IMG/VR virus record: IMGVR_UViG_3300014205_000002
Span: 32,001 to 96,000 of that record
DNA: 64,000 nt
Direction: 5' to 3' (one strand)
Source of the DNA: a virus
Lineage: Duplodnaviria; Caudoviricetes
Below are positions 37,509 to 47,387 of the stretch, piece by piece. Positions within the stretch are counted from its first letter, which is position 1; every line of letters starts with the position of its first letter. The notes under the pieces were generated by a model that worked only from the letters and a program-made list of their open reading frames with translations, did no database searches and was not told where the DNA came from. The translations under genes and the position numbers were made by a program.

Positions 37509-38243
37509 CTAGCGGGTCTTGCGGTAGCAGCGGTTGATCATCTTCGCCCCCTCGGAGCGCACGACGTCTTTGTCGCCGAAGCGGATGATGCCGATGTTGC
37601 GCTCGTTCTCGAACATCCAGAGGTCCTCGCAGGCGCTGACCTTGTCCTCGGGCAAGTCGATCTGCTCGGGGTCCATTGTGACGACCACCAGGGTGTCCTC
37701 GCCGATGCGGGTCAGGCACATACGCAGCTGCTCGGGCGTGGCGTTCTGCATCTCGTCGAGCAGCATCACCGTTCGATGGAAAGTGCGGCCGCGGATGTAG
37801 GTCATGCTGGAGAGCTCAATCAGCTCGTTCTTGATCAGCTGGTCGACCACGCCCTTCCCGACGAAGTGCGCCAAATTCTCAAAGATCGGCTTGAGGTAGG
37901 GGGCCATCTTCGCGGCCAAGTCGCCCGTGAGGAAGCCGACCGACTCGCCGGCCTCGACCGCCGGCCTGGTCGCGAGAATCTTGTCGACCTCGCGGCTCTT
38001 GAGTAGATCGATCGCCATCTTGGCCCCGAGGTAGGTCTTGGAGGTACCGGCAGGCCCGATCAGGAAGACGACGTCCTTCTCCTGGAGCATCTTGATGGCG
38101 GTCGTCTGGAGCGCGGTGCGCGACGTGAACTCGCGGACCTGCATCTTCGACACATTGATGCGGCCCCCGTCACCGCCTGGTGGCGACGCAAACTTGGCCG
38201 GCTTGCCGGGCTTGCCGTTCCATTCCTGTGCCTTCTTGCTCAT
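37509..38243 (-). CDS. phoH: PhoH family ATPase
   Basis: GPAGTSKT, TRPAVEAGE..GFLTG, YIRGRTF, LDEMQN, LTRIGE, DVVRS. Confidence 0.95.
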   Translation of the reverse strand: MSKKAQEWNGKPGKPAKFASPPGGDGGRINVSKMQVREFTSRTALQTTAIKMLQEKDVVFLIGPAGTSKTYLGAKMAIDLLKSREVDKILATRPAVEAGESVGFLTGDLAAKMAPYLKPIFENLAHFVGKGVVDQLIKNELIELSSMTYIRGRTFHRTVMLLDEMQNATPEQLRMCLTRIGEDTLVVVTMDPEQIDLPEDKVSACEDLWMFENERNIGIIRFGDKDVVRSEGAKMINRCYRKTR

Positions 38244-38246
38244 GGC

Positions 38247-40277
38247 TCACATGCTCTTTCCGGTCTCACGTCGGGGGGGCTTCTGGTTGGGCATCGGCTT
38301 GTCGACCTTGGGGCTCTTGCCCCCCTGGCCGCCTTCGTCGCCGCCCATCCCCAGCAGCGGCTGGAGGTTGAACGACTCGGCGAGGTTGCCGACGATCAGG
38401 GCCATCACGGGGTTGTTGGCCTGCATCTCCTGGAAGGTGGTCTGGGCGTCCTCGGGGGTCATCGACAGCATCGTCTGGAGCTGGCTGCCGTACTGTCCGA
38501 TGTCGGTCATTGCACGGGTCTGGAGTTGGCGCGCGAGGCCGGGGTTGGTGGCGGCGACCTGCTGGAGGATACCCGCCTGCTCCTCGGGCTTCATCTTGCT
38601 CAGGCCCTGGTAGACCTGCTCGATCTGGGTTGGGTCGATCGCGGGCATTGTGGTCTTCATCTCCGGCGCGAGGAAGTTCTGGAGCATCGACTGGAGCGCC
38701 ATCATGCGGTTCGCCGCCTCGGCCTGAGCCTTGGCATTCGATACGGCCAACTCGACATCCTCATAGTTCCGCTTGCGCATCTGCTCATTGAAGTCGAAGC
38801 CGAACTCCAGGCCCAACATCTCGCCGCTGATCGCCCGGCTCTGCCAGAGGCCGAGGATTAGCTGGCGGAGCTGGATGTCGTCGGCCATCTTGAAGCGGCG
38901 CAGGCCCACGCCGACCTTCTCCAGGCCGGTGATTGCATGCACGCGCTTGATCACCCAGCGGAACATCTTCTCGATCTGCTCGACCTGATTGAGCAGGCTA
39001 TTCTCCAGCATGCGCAAGGAAACGTTCGAGCCTGAGTAGGTCAGACCGCCGTATACGAACTCGCGGGGCACGTTGAGCCCTGCGATCATGTCGTCCTTGA
39101 CCATGCCCATCTCGTTGAACAACATCAAGGCCTTACCCTGTCCGCCCATCTGACCCTGGCCCAATGGGATCGGGCTGAGCATGATATAGAGCGGATCCTT
39201 CTTCCACTTCGTCAGCTCGACCTTCATGCGCCTGCGCCAGTCGCCGAGATCGATGTTGATCGTCGAGTTGGAGCCGACCTCGATGCCGGGAAACAGGTAG
39301 CGGAACGGCAGGATGTGCTCCATCATCAGCGCGAGCTGGGCGCGACGCATGATGTTCAGGTAGATGATCGAGCGCAAGACCGAGACCGTGGCCGGCATTC
39401 CCCAGGGCGTCTCAACACCTGGCAAGTCGATGCCTGGGCGCGCAAGGTGGAAGATCTGACCCCTGTGGAAGCGGATGCGCGCCTGGGCACCGCTCTTGTT
39501 GCGGGTCATCTTGACCGCATCGATCATGTCCTTGGGCGTATTGCGCAGGCGGACGGGGTTGCCCTCGCGGATCGCCTTGGCCTCGGACTCGGGGATCACG
39601 TAGTAGAAGTCCCGCGCGCCGCTGTAGGGGTCGAAGTCGATCTCGATGTTGCTCGGCTGCCAGCTGACCAGGTTCATGCGCAAGAGCGCGGCCTCACCCG
39701 TGACGGCCTTGTCGTAGAAGCGCGCCGCCAAGTTCTGCTGGCAGCGACGACACTTCATGATGAAGTTCATCTTCGCCGTGTCCCATTTCCAGTTGGCCTT
39801 GTCGAGCAGTTCCTCGTGGCGGCACTGCGAGTTCGCGCACACGAGGATGCGATCGAACGGCGCGTACACGCTCGCGAAGGCGTTGCCGTAGATCTGGTAG
39901 TGCTGGCCGGTCTTGATCGCGTAGGTCTTGGCCGAGAGCGTGTCGTCGAAGAGGTCCTGCCACGTCTCTACCAGGCCCTCCTTGCTGCGTAGCTCGGTCC
40001 GGTACTCGGGCGTGTCCGTCGCCGCTTTGAGCTTCGGCGTGAACTGGAACTCGGTGATCGGGTACTCGGCCACCTTCTCGACGGCGGAGTTGACCACCTC
40101 GTTCGTCAGATGCGCGTGCGCCGAGAAGGCGAACAACTCCTTGATCGTCGCGGGCAGGTAGAAGCTCTCGAACTGGAAGAACTGGCTCTCGCCGATCATC
40201 GTGCGCTGCAAAAGCGCGTTCGAGAACAGGAAACCGAGATCGCCGACGACGTCGTCGAAGTTGGTGCCGAGACTCAT
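38247..40277 (-). CDS. Portal protein
   Basis: 676 aa; AVEKVAEYPIT, YQIYGNAF, IFHL...PWGMP, AGLNVPREFVYGG. Confidence 0.75.
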   Translation of the reverse strand: MSLGTNFDDVVGDLGFLFSNALLQRTMIGESQFFQFESFYLPATIKELFAFSAHAHLTNEVVNSAVEKVAEYPITEFQFTPKLKAATDTPEYRTELRSKEGLVETWQDLFDDTLSAKTYAIKTGQHYQIYGNAFASVYAPFDRILVCANSQCRHEELLDKANWKWDTAKMNFIMKCRRCQQNLAARFYDKAVTGEAALLRMNLVSWQPSNIEIDFDPYSGARDFYYVIPESEAKAIREGNPVRLRNTPKDMIDAVKMTRNKSGAQARIRFHRGQIFHLARPGIDLPGVETPWGMPATVSVLRSIIYLNIMRRAQLALMMEHILPFRYLFPGIEVGSNSTINIDLGDWRRRMKVELTKWKKDPLYIMLSPIPLGQGQMGGQGKALMLFNEMGMVKDDMIAGLNVPREFVYGGLTYSGSNVSLRMLENSLLNQVEQIEKMFRWVIKRVHAITGLEKVGVGLRRFKMADDIQLRQLILGLWQSRAISGEMLGLEFGFDFNEQMRKRNYEDVELAVSNAKAQAEAANRMMALQSMLQNFLAPEMKTTMPAIDPTQIEQVYQGLSKMKPEEQAGILQQVAATNPGLARQLQTRAMTDIGQYGSQLQTMLSMTPEDAQTTFQEMQANNPVMALIVGNLAESFNLQPLLGMGGDEGGQGGKSPKVDKPMPNQKPPRRETGKSM

Positions 40278-41020
40278 ACCATACCTGCCTTCAATGCGGT
40301 CATCTGCGCGAGGAGACGGGCGTGTCGTGCGGTGACATAGGCGTCAACCGTTTCCATGCGCGCGCGCTGAATGGCCGGGGCTCCGGCCGCCTCCGCGTCG
40401 CCGCGATGGAGGCGCGCGAGGGGATCCCGGGCGAAGGCGAGCGCCTCGGGGGCCCGAGTGAAACCCTCCCCATGCAAGTGGGCCGCCACGAATACGGCGA
40501 CCTCGTCACCCCAGGGCGTGAGCGGATCGAGGTAGCGCAGGGCGTCGGCCGCCCAGGCCAGCTCCGCCACCGACAGATCGGGCGGCGTGTCGAAGACCAC
40601 CTCGCGCTCGTTCAGCGCGCAGGCCAGGTGCGCGAATACATGCCAGTCTAGATAAGGCGCGGGATCGTAGAGCGCGAAGACCACCAGCATCAGGCGGGTC
40701 GCCTCGTCCGCGTCGATGCCGAGCGCCTCTTGCAGCGTCTCGGGCTCGTAGTCGACGAAGCCTGGACCGAGCTTGCGCTCGGCGATCGCCGCGAGCACGA
40801 TCGGATCCTGGGCGCTCTCGCTCGCAGCCTTGACGGGCTCCGGCTTGAACAGGCGTAGACCCACCGCCAGGTTGCGCGCGACGATGCGCTCAACGACGGC
40901 CTTGGGCGTTGTCGCGCCCTCGGCCGCATCGGCCAGGTTCTTCATGGTCGCGAGCGCCGACCGGATCACGCGATGGCGCTCGGTTACGCCTTCCGTGGCG
41001 ATCGTGGTACGGGGATCCAT
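40274..41020 (-). CDS. Hypothetical virion protein
   Basis: ATGA-coupled to portal; start at ATG 41020 just after the upstream stop. Confidence 0.55.
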   Translation of the reverse strand: MDPRTTIATEGVTERHRVIRSALATMKNLADAAEGATTPKAVVERIVARNLAVGLRLFKPEPVKAASESAQDPIVLAAIAERKLGPGFVDYEPETLQEALGIDADEATRLMLVVFALYDPAPYLDWHVFAHLACALNEREVVFDTPPDLSVAELAWAADALRYLDPLTPWGDEVAVFVAAHLHGEGFTRAPEALAFARDPLARLHRGDAEAAGAPAIQRARMETVDAYVTARHARLLAQMTALKAGMV

Positions 41021-41024
41021 GTCG

Positions 41025-42185
41025 TTACCAGCCGCGGACCCTGGCGAGGATGATCGCCTGGGTCTGGGCTGGCAGGGCCTCGATGTGCTTGGCAAGCTTG
41101 GTCGAGTCGCTCATGTCCGGAATGACGTGAGGGGCGAGGTTCTCCCAGTCGCTTGAGCCGACCTTCGCCATCACCTCGGCGATATTGACCATGTTGTTCG
41201 CGCACAGCGCGGTCTTGCGCTGGCGATCGTCTACGACCTCGCGCTCGCGCATGCTCGCCGCAGGCAGGACGTCCTGGCGTTCGTCGAAGCCCGCGAGCTT
41301 ATCGAGATCCGCGACGTTGTTCCAGAACTCGTCGCCCATCGTGTTCTCAAAAGCCTGTTTGAACAGCATGTCGTAGGCAGCCACGAGTTCGGGCTCGCTG
41401 TTCTTGATGTCCGGCTGATCGTAGGGCAGGGTGACGCCGCGACTGGCCGCCGTCTTGTAGAGGCTCGCGTGCTTGGCCTGGGTGCCGATGCGCTCTTTCA
41501 GCAGGCCGATGCGGTACTGCATCTGCGCGATGATGGCGCTGCGCTTGATCGGTCGAACGTCGTCGACGAGGATCGCATTGGGGTTGACGCTGAACTCGGC
41601 GCACTTGCTCATGAGCGCATTGGCGAGCTGGCCGCGCAGTTCCGCGAGGTCGCCCACGAGGCCGAGCGGGTAGCGCATGGCACTCATGGCCACCTTCTCC
41701 CGATCCGTCACCGGGTAGAGCCTGATCGTCGCGGTTCCGTCTCCGTTGAACTGGGCGCTCCGGCCGGCTCGTTTCACCAGCGGATCATCGGCCGCGAAGG
41801 TCGCCTCCAGTGCGTAGACGTCAGGTGTGGCTTCCGCCGCCGCAACCTTCGCCATGGCCGTGGCGAGGTCGACGTCATGTAGTTCCGCAGCCTGCGCGAG
41901 CTTCTCGCGAATGCGCTGGTGGTACTGATGTGGCACGTTGTGCGAGGTCTTCTCGAAATACATGGCCGAAAGCCATGTGTCGAGCGGGGTGTCGCAAGGG
42001 AGCCTGCCGCCCGCGCCCCAGGCGAAGGCGGTCTTGTCCTGGCGGTAGGCGCTGCCTGCGATCAGCGAGGCACCCTTGACGAAGTCCGGAATCGCCTCGA
42101 CGCCGCCCTGGGCGATCTTCTCGGTGAGGATCTCGGTCAAGACGACGCCGGTGGGGTCGTCGAAGTGGTCGATGATGGCAGGCAT
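41025..42185 (-). CDS. Virion/head assembly protein, very KxA-rich
   Basis: 386 aa; more than ten KxA motifs; under a CTATAATA motif. Confidence 0.6.
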   Translation of the reverse strand: MPAIIDHFDDPTGVVLTEILTEKIAQGGVEAIPDFVKGASLIAGSAYRQDKTAFAWGAGGRLPCDTPLDTWLSAMYFEKTSHNVPHQYHQRIREKLAQAAELHDVDLATAMAKVAAAEATPDVYALEATFAADDPLVKRAGRSAQFNGDGTATIRLYPVTDREKVAMSAMRYPLGLVGDLAELRGQLANALMSKCAEFSVNPNAILVDDVRPIKRSAIIAQMQYRIGLLKERIGTQAKHASLYKTAASRGVTLPYDQPDIKNSEPELVAAYDMLFKQAFENTMGDEFWNNVADLDKLAGFDERQDVLPAASMREREVVDDRQRKTALCANNMVNIAEVMAKVGSSDWENLAPHVIPDMSDSTKLAKHIEALPAQTQAIILARVRGW

Positions 42186-42226
42186 TCAGGTTCCTCGCTA
42201 TACCGGTCCGACGGTAGGTCCACCGA

Positions 42227-42234
42227 TATTATAG
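42227..42234 (-). promoter_or_regulatory. Putative late promoter CTATAATA for the portal operon
   Basis: Exact motif about 40 nt upstream of 42185. Confidence 0.7.
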
Positions 42235-42250
42235 GGTGACGGAAGGTGGG

Positions 42251-42658
42251 CTACCAGGGCGTCAGGCCGATGGCCTGGCGGAGTCCGGTGTGCAGAGCGG
42301 CCTCCTTGGTGTAGCACACGCGAACGGCCTTGGTCTTGCCGTCTCCGCCAGCGATGACGTTCTCGACAATGATGTACTTCCAGTCCGTGACGCGCCGGTG
42401 GTGAAATGAGCCGTCCGAGAAGGACAGGCCGGGTTCATCTTTGACCTTGCCGTCGGTCTCAAACAGGACCGTCTTCGCGGATACCGCATTCTGCATCTGG
42501 ATGCACGCCTCGCCGTCGCGGAGGCTGATGCCGAAGGCCTGGGTGTTCTCGGTGATGCGCACGAAGCGCGTCGCGCGCGTCACCTTGGGTGTGAGCTCCT
42601 GAATGAGGTCTACCACCCACGCCGGGGTCTCGATCCGCTGGGCCTTCTTGATCTCCAC
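42251..42658 (-). CDS. Hypothetical protein
   Basis: GTG start with AAGGAGG RBS; 135 aa. Confidence 0.55.
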   Translation of the reverse strand: MEIKKAQRIETPAWVVDLIQELTPKVTRATRFVRITENTQAFGISLRDGEACIQMQNAVSAKTVLFETDGKVKDEPGLSFSDGSFHHRRVTDWKYIIVENVIAGGDGKTKAVRVCYTKEAALHTGLRQAIGLTPW

Positions 42659-42668
42659 GAGTTCCTCC

Positions 42669-43907
42669 TTAGAATGTGACCGCGGCGAGCGCGGGGATAC
42701 CGAAGACGTTTCCGACCTGATTGAGGGAAGCCTTGACCTGATCGGCACTGGCGGCCCCGGCCACCAGAAGGATACCACCCACGATCATGTCGGTGTCGAG
42801 CTCGGGAGCAGCGAGGGCATTGTCGCTGAACCCCTGAGAGAGCGCGAACTTGAACTGATGGGATCCGCCTTGCATGGGCGGAATCACCAGCGTCGCCACG
42901 GTGAGCTGTCCAAGGTCGTACAGGAATCCGCCCACCGCGTCGTCGATCTGGTCGGTGAAGCCAGCGGCGGCATCGAGCGTGCCGGTGACGAGATCGCCCA
43001 CCGAGTCGAGCCCGCGCGTCACGGCGTTGCCGACGTCGCCGAGGATTGCGCCGGCGTTGTCGAGGATGTTTGCGGCCGTAGCCGCGAGCTGGGCGGCACC
43101 CGGCACGAGCTCGTTGACGGCCTCGCCGACGGTGATGGCCTTCCAGTCGTCGAACACCTGGTCGCCGCCCATCTCTTTGAGGTCGGAGAAGGGATCCACC
43201 GGCGGCACCACTGCGGGCGGCGTGCCGTCCGGGGAGGCGAACAGCTGACTGAGCCAGTCGCCTTCCGCGAGATCCTTGAAGCTGGAGCTGTTCCACCAGT
43301 TCATCAGGTCGGTCTGCTCCTTGGTCCAAAGTTCCTCGGGCAGGCTCGCCAGCTCCACGAATTCCTGGGCGAGCGCCTGCAAGGGCGGCGAGCCCGAGAA
43401 GATGGCCCCGAGCGAGTCGGTAATAGTGGTGCCCTTGCCGCCCATCAGGGCCGCGATGGTCGCCATCGCCGCGAGGATCTGGACGCGGCCGCCGGCGAGC
43501 ATGAGGAAAACCCCACCCGTCCAGGCGCTCTCGCCGAACTGGGGGCGATCGGCGTCGGTTGTATCCGAGAGCGCCCGCGCCATCGTGCTGCGCAGGTAAG
43601 GGTATCCGCCGTAGTCGGGCATCGGCAGATAGGCGTACACGCCGGTCTGCCAGGTGTCCTCAAGGAAACCTGCGGCCGCCTGGGCGAGCGCGTTCGTTGG
43701 CTCGGTGCGACTGGCTATCTCGTCGGTATACCAGGCCTTCAAGCGGTTGTTCACGCTCCGGGCTTTGAGCGCGGAGTCGCGCACCGGCTGAAAGAAGGCG
43801 GAGGTCGCATCCTTGGCGGCATTGGCGAGGCCCGACCACTGCACGTTGGTGCCAGGGATGTCGAGTGCCTGGAAATCGGCCGAGAGCCAGAAGGGCTTGA
43901 CGGTCAT
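42669..43907 (-). CDS. Baseplate-region hypothetical protein with internal duplication
   Basis: 412 aa; two related ...P..GG...L.D...P......GG..L..G units. Confidence 0.55.
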   Translation of the reverse strand: MTVKPFWLSADFQALDIPGTNVQWSGLANAAKDATSAFFQPVRDSALKARSVNNRLKAWYTDEIASRTEPTNALAQAAAGFLEDTWQTGVYAYLPMPDYGGYPYLRSTMARALSDTTDADRPQFGESAWTGGVFLMLAGGRVQILAAMATIAALMGGKGTTITDSLGAIFSGSPPLQALAQEFVELASLPEELWTKEQTDLMNWWNSSSFKDLAEGDWLSQLFASPDGTPPAVVPPVDPFSDLKEMGGDQVFDDWKAITVGEAVNELVPGAAQLAATAANILDNAGAILGDVGNAVTRGLDSVGDLVTGTLDAAAGFTDQIDDAVGGFLYDLGQLTVATLVIPPMQGGSHQFKFALSQGFSDNALAAPELDTDMIVGGILLVAGAASADQVKASLNQVGNVFGIPALAAVTF

Positions 43908-45505
43908 CAGCCGAGCCCTGTGAAGAACGTGAGGATGCCCCAGCTGAGGTCGTCCTCGCAGATGAACAGCAGTGCGCGCGTCTGGCCTGTGGGGCCCTCA
44001 TGGGCGGGCTGCGGATCCGAGCCTTGCAGCCCCTGGGCGAGGTCGGGGTCCATCGTCGCACCGAACTGGTTGATCGGCCCCTCATACTTGTAGACGTGGA
44101 TGTCGCCGAGTACGAGCATGCCGGCGATGCGGGTGGTCCAGCTCATGATGCGCGCGATGAACTTCGTGAAGTCGGCCAGCGCCTTCTCGATCGCCTTCAC
44201 GTAGTTGTCGAAGTAGTCGATCATGGCCTGGAGCCCCTGCCGCCTGAGCTCGGCCATGCCAGCGATGCGATCGATCATGGTCTTGAGGCCTGTGAGCAGC
44301 TCGACGGCCGTCTCCAGGAATCCGAAGGAGATACGGAAGGCGGGAATTGCCCCGCCGACCTTGTCGCGCTTCAAGAATATGAGCTTGCTGCCGTCCGTGG
44401 GGATCGGCAGGGGGCCGCCGGCGGGACCGCTGCCTCCGCCGCCCACTGCGACGGGATCCTGAATGATGAAGTCGCGCGGGGTCTCAACGTCGGACTGGCC
44501 GGACACACGCACCCGCAGCTTGCCGGTCAAGGCACCCTCGGGGATGGTCACGGTCACATAGTCGGCAGCGTAGTCGCCCTCTTCGGGAACGGCGTCGATC
44601 CCGAGGCCGAAGAAACCGCCGGGGAAGACCACACGGACGCCGCCTGGCTCGTCGGAGAAGGCGTCGCCGCGGATCGTGATGGTGCCGCCTGGCAGTCCGT
44701 AGGCAGGCGTCACCGCGTAGATGACGGGTGCATCCTTCGGCAGGATCACGACGACCTGGGGGGTGTAGACGGTGGGTTGACCCGCGACCGTCAAGCCGAC
44801 CTGCGCCGTCACCACGCCGTTCGGCACCTTGACCGTGAGCTGGAAGCCGCTGACCGCCATCGGAACCACGGGGATCGGCAGGCCGATCGCGTCAAAGAAC
44901 AGCACGCTGATGTCGCCCGCCACCGTGCCGAAGTTCTCGCCCGTGATGGTCAGGATCTTGCCGGGCTTGATTGAGGCCGGCGTGAAGGCGGCGATCGCAG
45001 GAGGCTGAGCTGCTTCCTCTTCCTCCTCCTCCTCGTCTAGCTCGCCGAAGAAGCCTTCCAGGCCCTCCCAGCCGGAATTCCCCGTCGCGAAGAAGATCAG
45101 GGCCCGCGCGGGCTCGGTTGGTCCGCCATTGGAGCCCGCCAGGCCCGCCTGGAACTTGGTCGTGACATGCTCATGCATCTCGCTGATCGTGCCTTCGTAC
45201 TGGTAGATGCTCACGCCGCCGTCGAGCAGTCCGTCCTTCAACTCCAGGACCTTGGAGGCGAGGAGCGCGAGGATCACCGCGATGAAGGCCGTGGGGCTAC
45301 CCAGTAGGCCGAGCAGCGCCATCACTACGCCCAAGACCGCCATCATCACGAACTTCTGGATTCGGAGTAGATTCGCGATCAGGTCGAGCACGGGCCGCAC
45401 CAGTCCGACCAGGCCCGCGAGCTGGCCGAGCAGATCGAAGATGCCCTCAAGCCCAGGCACGAGCGCGCCCAGACTTCCTTTGGTCTTGAACTCAAAAACG
45501 GCCAC
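43907..45505 (-). CDS. Baseplate-region protein with two IPT/TIG (Ig-like) domains
   Basis: PAIAAFTP...GKILTITGENFG and PVIYAVTP...GGTITIRGDAFS; poly-E linker. Confidence 0.65.
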   Translation of the reverse strand: MAVFEFKTKGSLGALVPGLEGIFDLLGQLAGLVGLVRPVLDLIANLLRIQKFVMMAVLGVVMALLGLLGSPTAFIAVILALLASKVLELKDGLLDGGVSIYQYEGTISEMHEHVTTKFQAGLAGSNGGPTEPARALIFFATGNSGWEGLEGFFGELDEEEEEEEAAQPPAIAAFTPASIKPGKILTITGENFGTVAGDISVLFFDAIGLPIPVVPMAVSGFQLTVKVPNGVVTAQVGLTVAGQPTVYTPQVVVILPKDAPVIYAVTPAYGLPGGTITIRGDAFSDEPGGVRVVFPGGFFGLGIDAVPEEGDYAADYVTVTIPEGALTGKLRVRVSGQSDVETPRDFIIQDPVAVGGGGSGPAGGPLPIPTDGSKLIFLKRDKVGGAIPAFRISFGFLETAVELLTGLKTMIDRIAGMAELRRQGLQAMIDYFDNYVKAIEKALADFTKFIARIMSWTTRIAGMLVLGDIHVYKYEGPINQFGATMDPDLAQGLQGSDPQPAHEGPTGQTRALLFICEDDLSWGILTFFTGLG

Positions 45506-45514
45506 GGGGGCTCC

Positions 45515-45772
45515 TTATCCGATCGGCGGGGTGGTGGGGCTGCCCTGGTTGCCGTTGCCATGAATGTGACCCGTATGAGTCAGATCCAGTGCCGTGAAAA
45601 TGGGCGTGAAGATGGTCGTCATGTAGATATTGAGGTGGGTCACGATCTCCGTGACCGTCGCCTCTTTGGAGCGATCGTCCTTCGGCTGAATGGTCGCGAG
45701 CAGGCTCGCGAGCAGGGTGGCCTGGGCCGTCTGAGAGAGTGCCGCGAACTGGGGCGCGGTAAGCATCGGCAT
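45515..45772 (-). CDS. Small baseplate spike-associated protein
   Basis: 85 aa ending HTGHIHGNGNQGSPTTPP, like the HxH apex of gpV/gp45 spikes. Confidence 0.55.
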   Translation of the reverse strand: MPMLTAPQFAALSQTAQATLLASLLATIQPKDDRSKEATVTEIVTHLNIYMTTIFTPIFTALDLTHTGHIHGNGNQGSPTTPPIG

Positions 45773-45781
45773 GATCGTCTC

Positions 45782-46960
45782 CTACGGCCCGGGGATATCG
45801 CCGCCGGTGGGGTCGTGCTGGGGGAACTGCACGTTGAGGAACACGCGCGAGAGGAAGTCGGGCACCGGCGGGAACGGGAAGATCATGCCGCAGCCGGGGA
45901 TGGTCGGCCCGCCGAAGGGCTGCGCGTTCACGGTCAGCTGCGTGTTCATGAAGAACTCGACGCTCTTGAGGTAGGCGTAGAGCTGCTCGCCCATCGGGGC
46001 CATCTCCGAGGTGGTGACGCCGCCCATGTAGTTCTTGTTGCAGTTCTGAACGAAGGTGCCGTCGACGTCGCGGGTCTCGTCGCCGCCGACAACCGTCCGG
46101 ACGTTTCCGACGATCCCCTCGCCCTTGTTGCCCATGATCTGGCTGACCTGATCGCGGCGCAGGTAGATGTGCTGGTCGCCGTTCTGGTCGATGCCGACGG
46201 TGTAGACGGGTTCCTTGGACTCCTTGTCGAGAAGCTTGAGTGTGATGAAGTCGTCGGTGACTGGATCCTTGCCGATGATGATCTCGACGTCGTGGACGCC
46301 CGCCCAGGTCTTTGTGCCCTTGGCGTTGCCTTTGACGTGCAGCCGGGTGGCCCCGCCCTCGTTGACGAAGCGCATCTCGCCCCAGTCGGAGAACAGATCG
46401 AAGTTGCGCGATACCATCCGTGCGAGATCGTCTGCCTGGCTGAATAGCAGCTGGCAGAGATCGGAGACCTTGATGCCCGCGACGCCGCCGCGCCCGGCGA
46501 AGATCGTGGAGCCCTCGGGTGTGCGGAAGCCCATGTCGCCCGCGATCAGATCGCTCGGGCGATGGGAGCGGAAGTTGGGGCCGCCGCCGTGATCCAGGGC
46601 CCTATAGGCCTTGGCCGTACCCGTGAGATTCAGGAAGGTGTTGACCTCGTCGGCGTAGTCGTCGCGCTCGGCCGAGACCCCACCTTTGAATAGCGTCGGC
46701 CCCGGCATGAAGCTCTGGATCGACGGTACGCCCATCGCCTTGCTTTTCTGGGCGCGCCAGCCCGGAATCGGGGTCGAGAAGTCACCCTCGCCGTCGGGCC
46801 CGACCATGCCCTGCAATGGCAGGCCAGGCTGGATACTGTCCCCCGACGACATGACGTCGGCGACCTGGCGTACCGGGTCGACGCCCAGGACGGTCTCGTA
46901 TGAACCACCCTGATCGGACTTGAACGCCTCGTAAGGATTGACGGGAGGTTTTTCGCTCAC
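45782..46960 (-). CDS. Baseplate central spike protein (gp5/gpV-like)
   Basis: GTG start with RBS; OB-like N-terminus; beta-helix repeats IMGN...IVGN...VGGD...VDGT. Confidence 0.65.
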   Translation of the reverse strand: MSEKPPVNPYEAFKSDQGGSYETVLGVDPVRQVADVMSSGDSIQPGLPLQGMVGPDGEGDFSTPIPGWRAQKSKAMGVPSIQSFMPGPTLFKGGVSAERDDYADEVNTFLNLTGTAKAYRALDHGGGPNFRSHRPSDLIAGDMGFRTPEGSTIFAGRGGVAGIKVSDLCQLLFSQADDLARMVSRNFDLFSDWGEMRFVNEGGATRLHVKGNAKGTKTWAGVHDVEIIIGKDPVTDDFITLKLLDKESKEPVYTVGIDQNGDQHIYLRRDQVSQIMGNKGEGIVGNVRTVVGGDETRDVDGTFVQNCNKNYMGGVTTSEMAPMGEQLYAYLKSVEFFMNTQLTVNAQPFGGPTIPGCGMIFPFPPVPDFLSRVFLNVQFPQHDPTGGDIPGP

Positions 46961-47023
46961 ACGCTCTCCCAACGGACGATTGGTAGTACCATACTGGAGG
47001 CAGTATATCACAAGGAGACGACC

Positions 47024-47356
47024 ATGCCCCAGGACCCGTCGTTCAGGAAGTTTATCGAGGCGATCGCGCGGCAGCGCAAGGGTGTCGCGGATCTGGAGTT
47101 CCCCGCGTTTGAGGGCAAGGTCGGGGCGTCGGCGCGGGCCACCAGCAAGCTGCTGGCCGAAGCCAAGAAGACGACCAGTCCCCAGCGGCGCGCATGCATC
47201 CAGCAGGCCCTCGACATGATGAAGGCGGCCGAGCGCGCCATCGACATGCGAAACATGACCCACAAAGACTACATGCAGGCTTACAGCACCTCGCAGATCT
47301 CCCAGGAGCGCTACGAAAAGAGCCGCCTTGCACGCTTTGAGTCCGGCCGGTATTGA
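47024..47356 (+). CDS. Hypothetical protein
   Basis: 110 aa; AAGGAG RBS. Confidence 0.6.
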   Translation: MPQDPSFRKFIEAIARQRKGVADLEFPAFEGKVGASARATSKLLAEAKKTTSPQRRACIQQALDMMKAAERAIDMRNMTHKDYMQAYSTSQISQERYEKSRLARFESGRY

Positions 47357-47360
47357 CGGC

Positions 47361-47368
47361 CTATAATA
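47361..47368 (+). promoter_or_regulatory. Putative late promoter CTATAATA
   Basis: Exact motif upstream of 47388. Confidence 0.7.
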
Positions 47369-47387
47369 AGGGCAGGAGGGCCTCACC

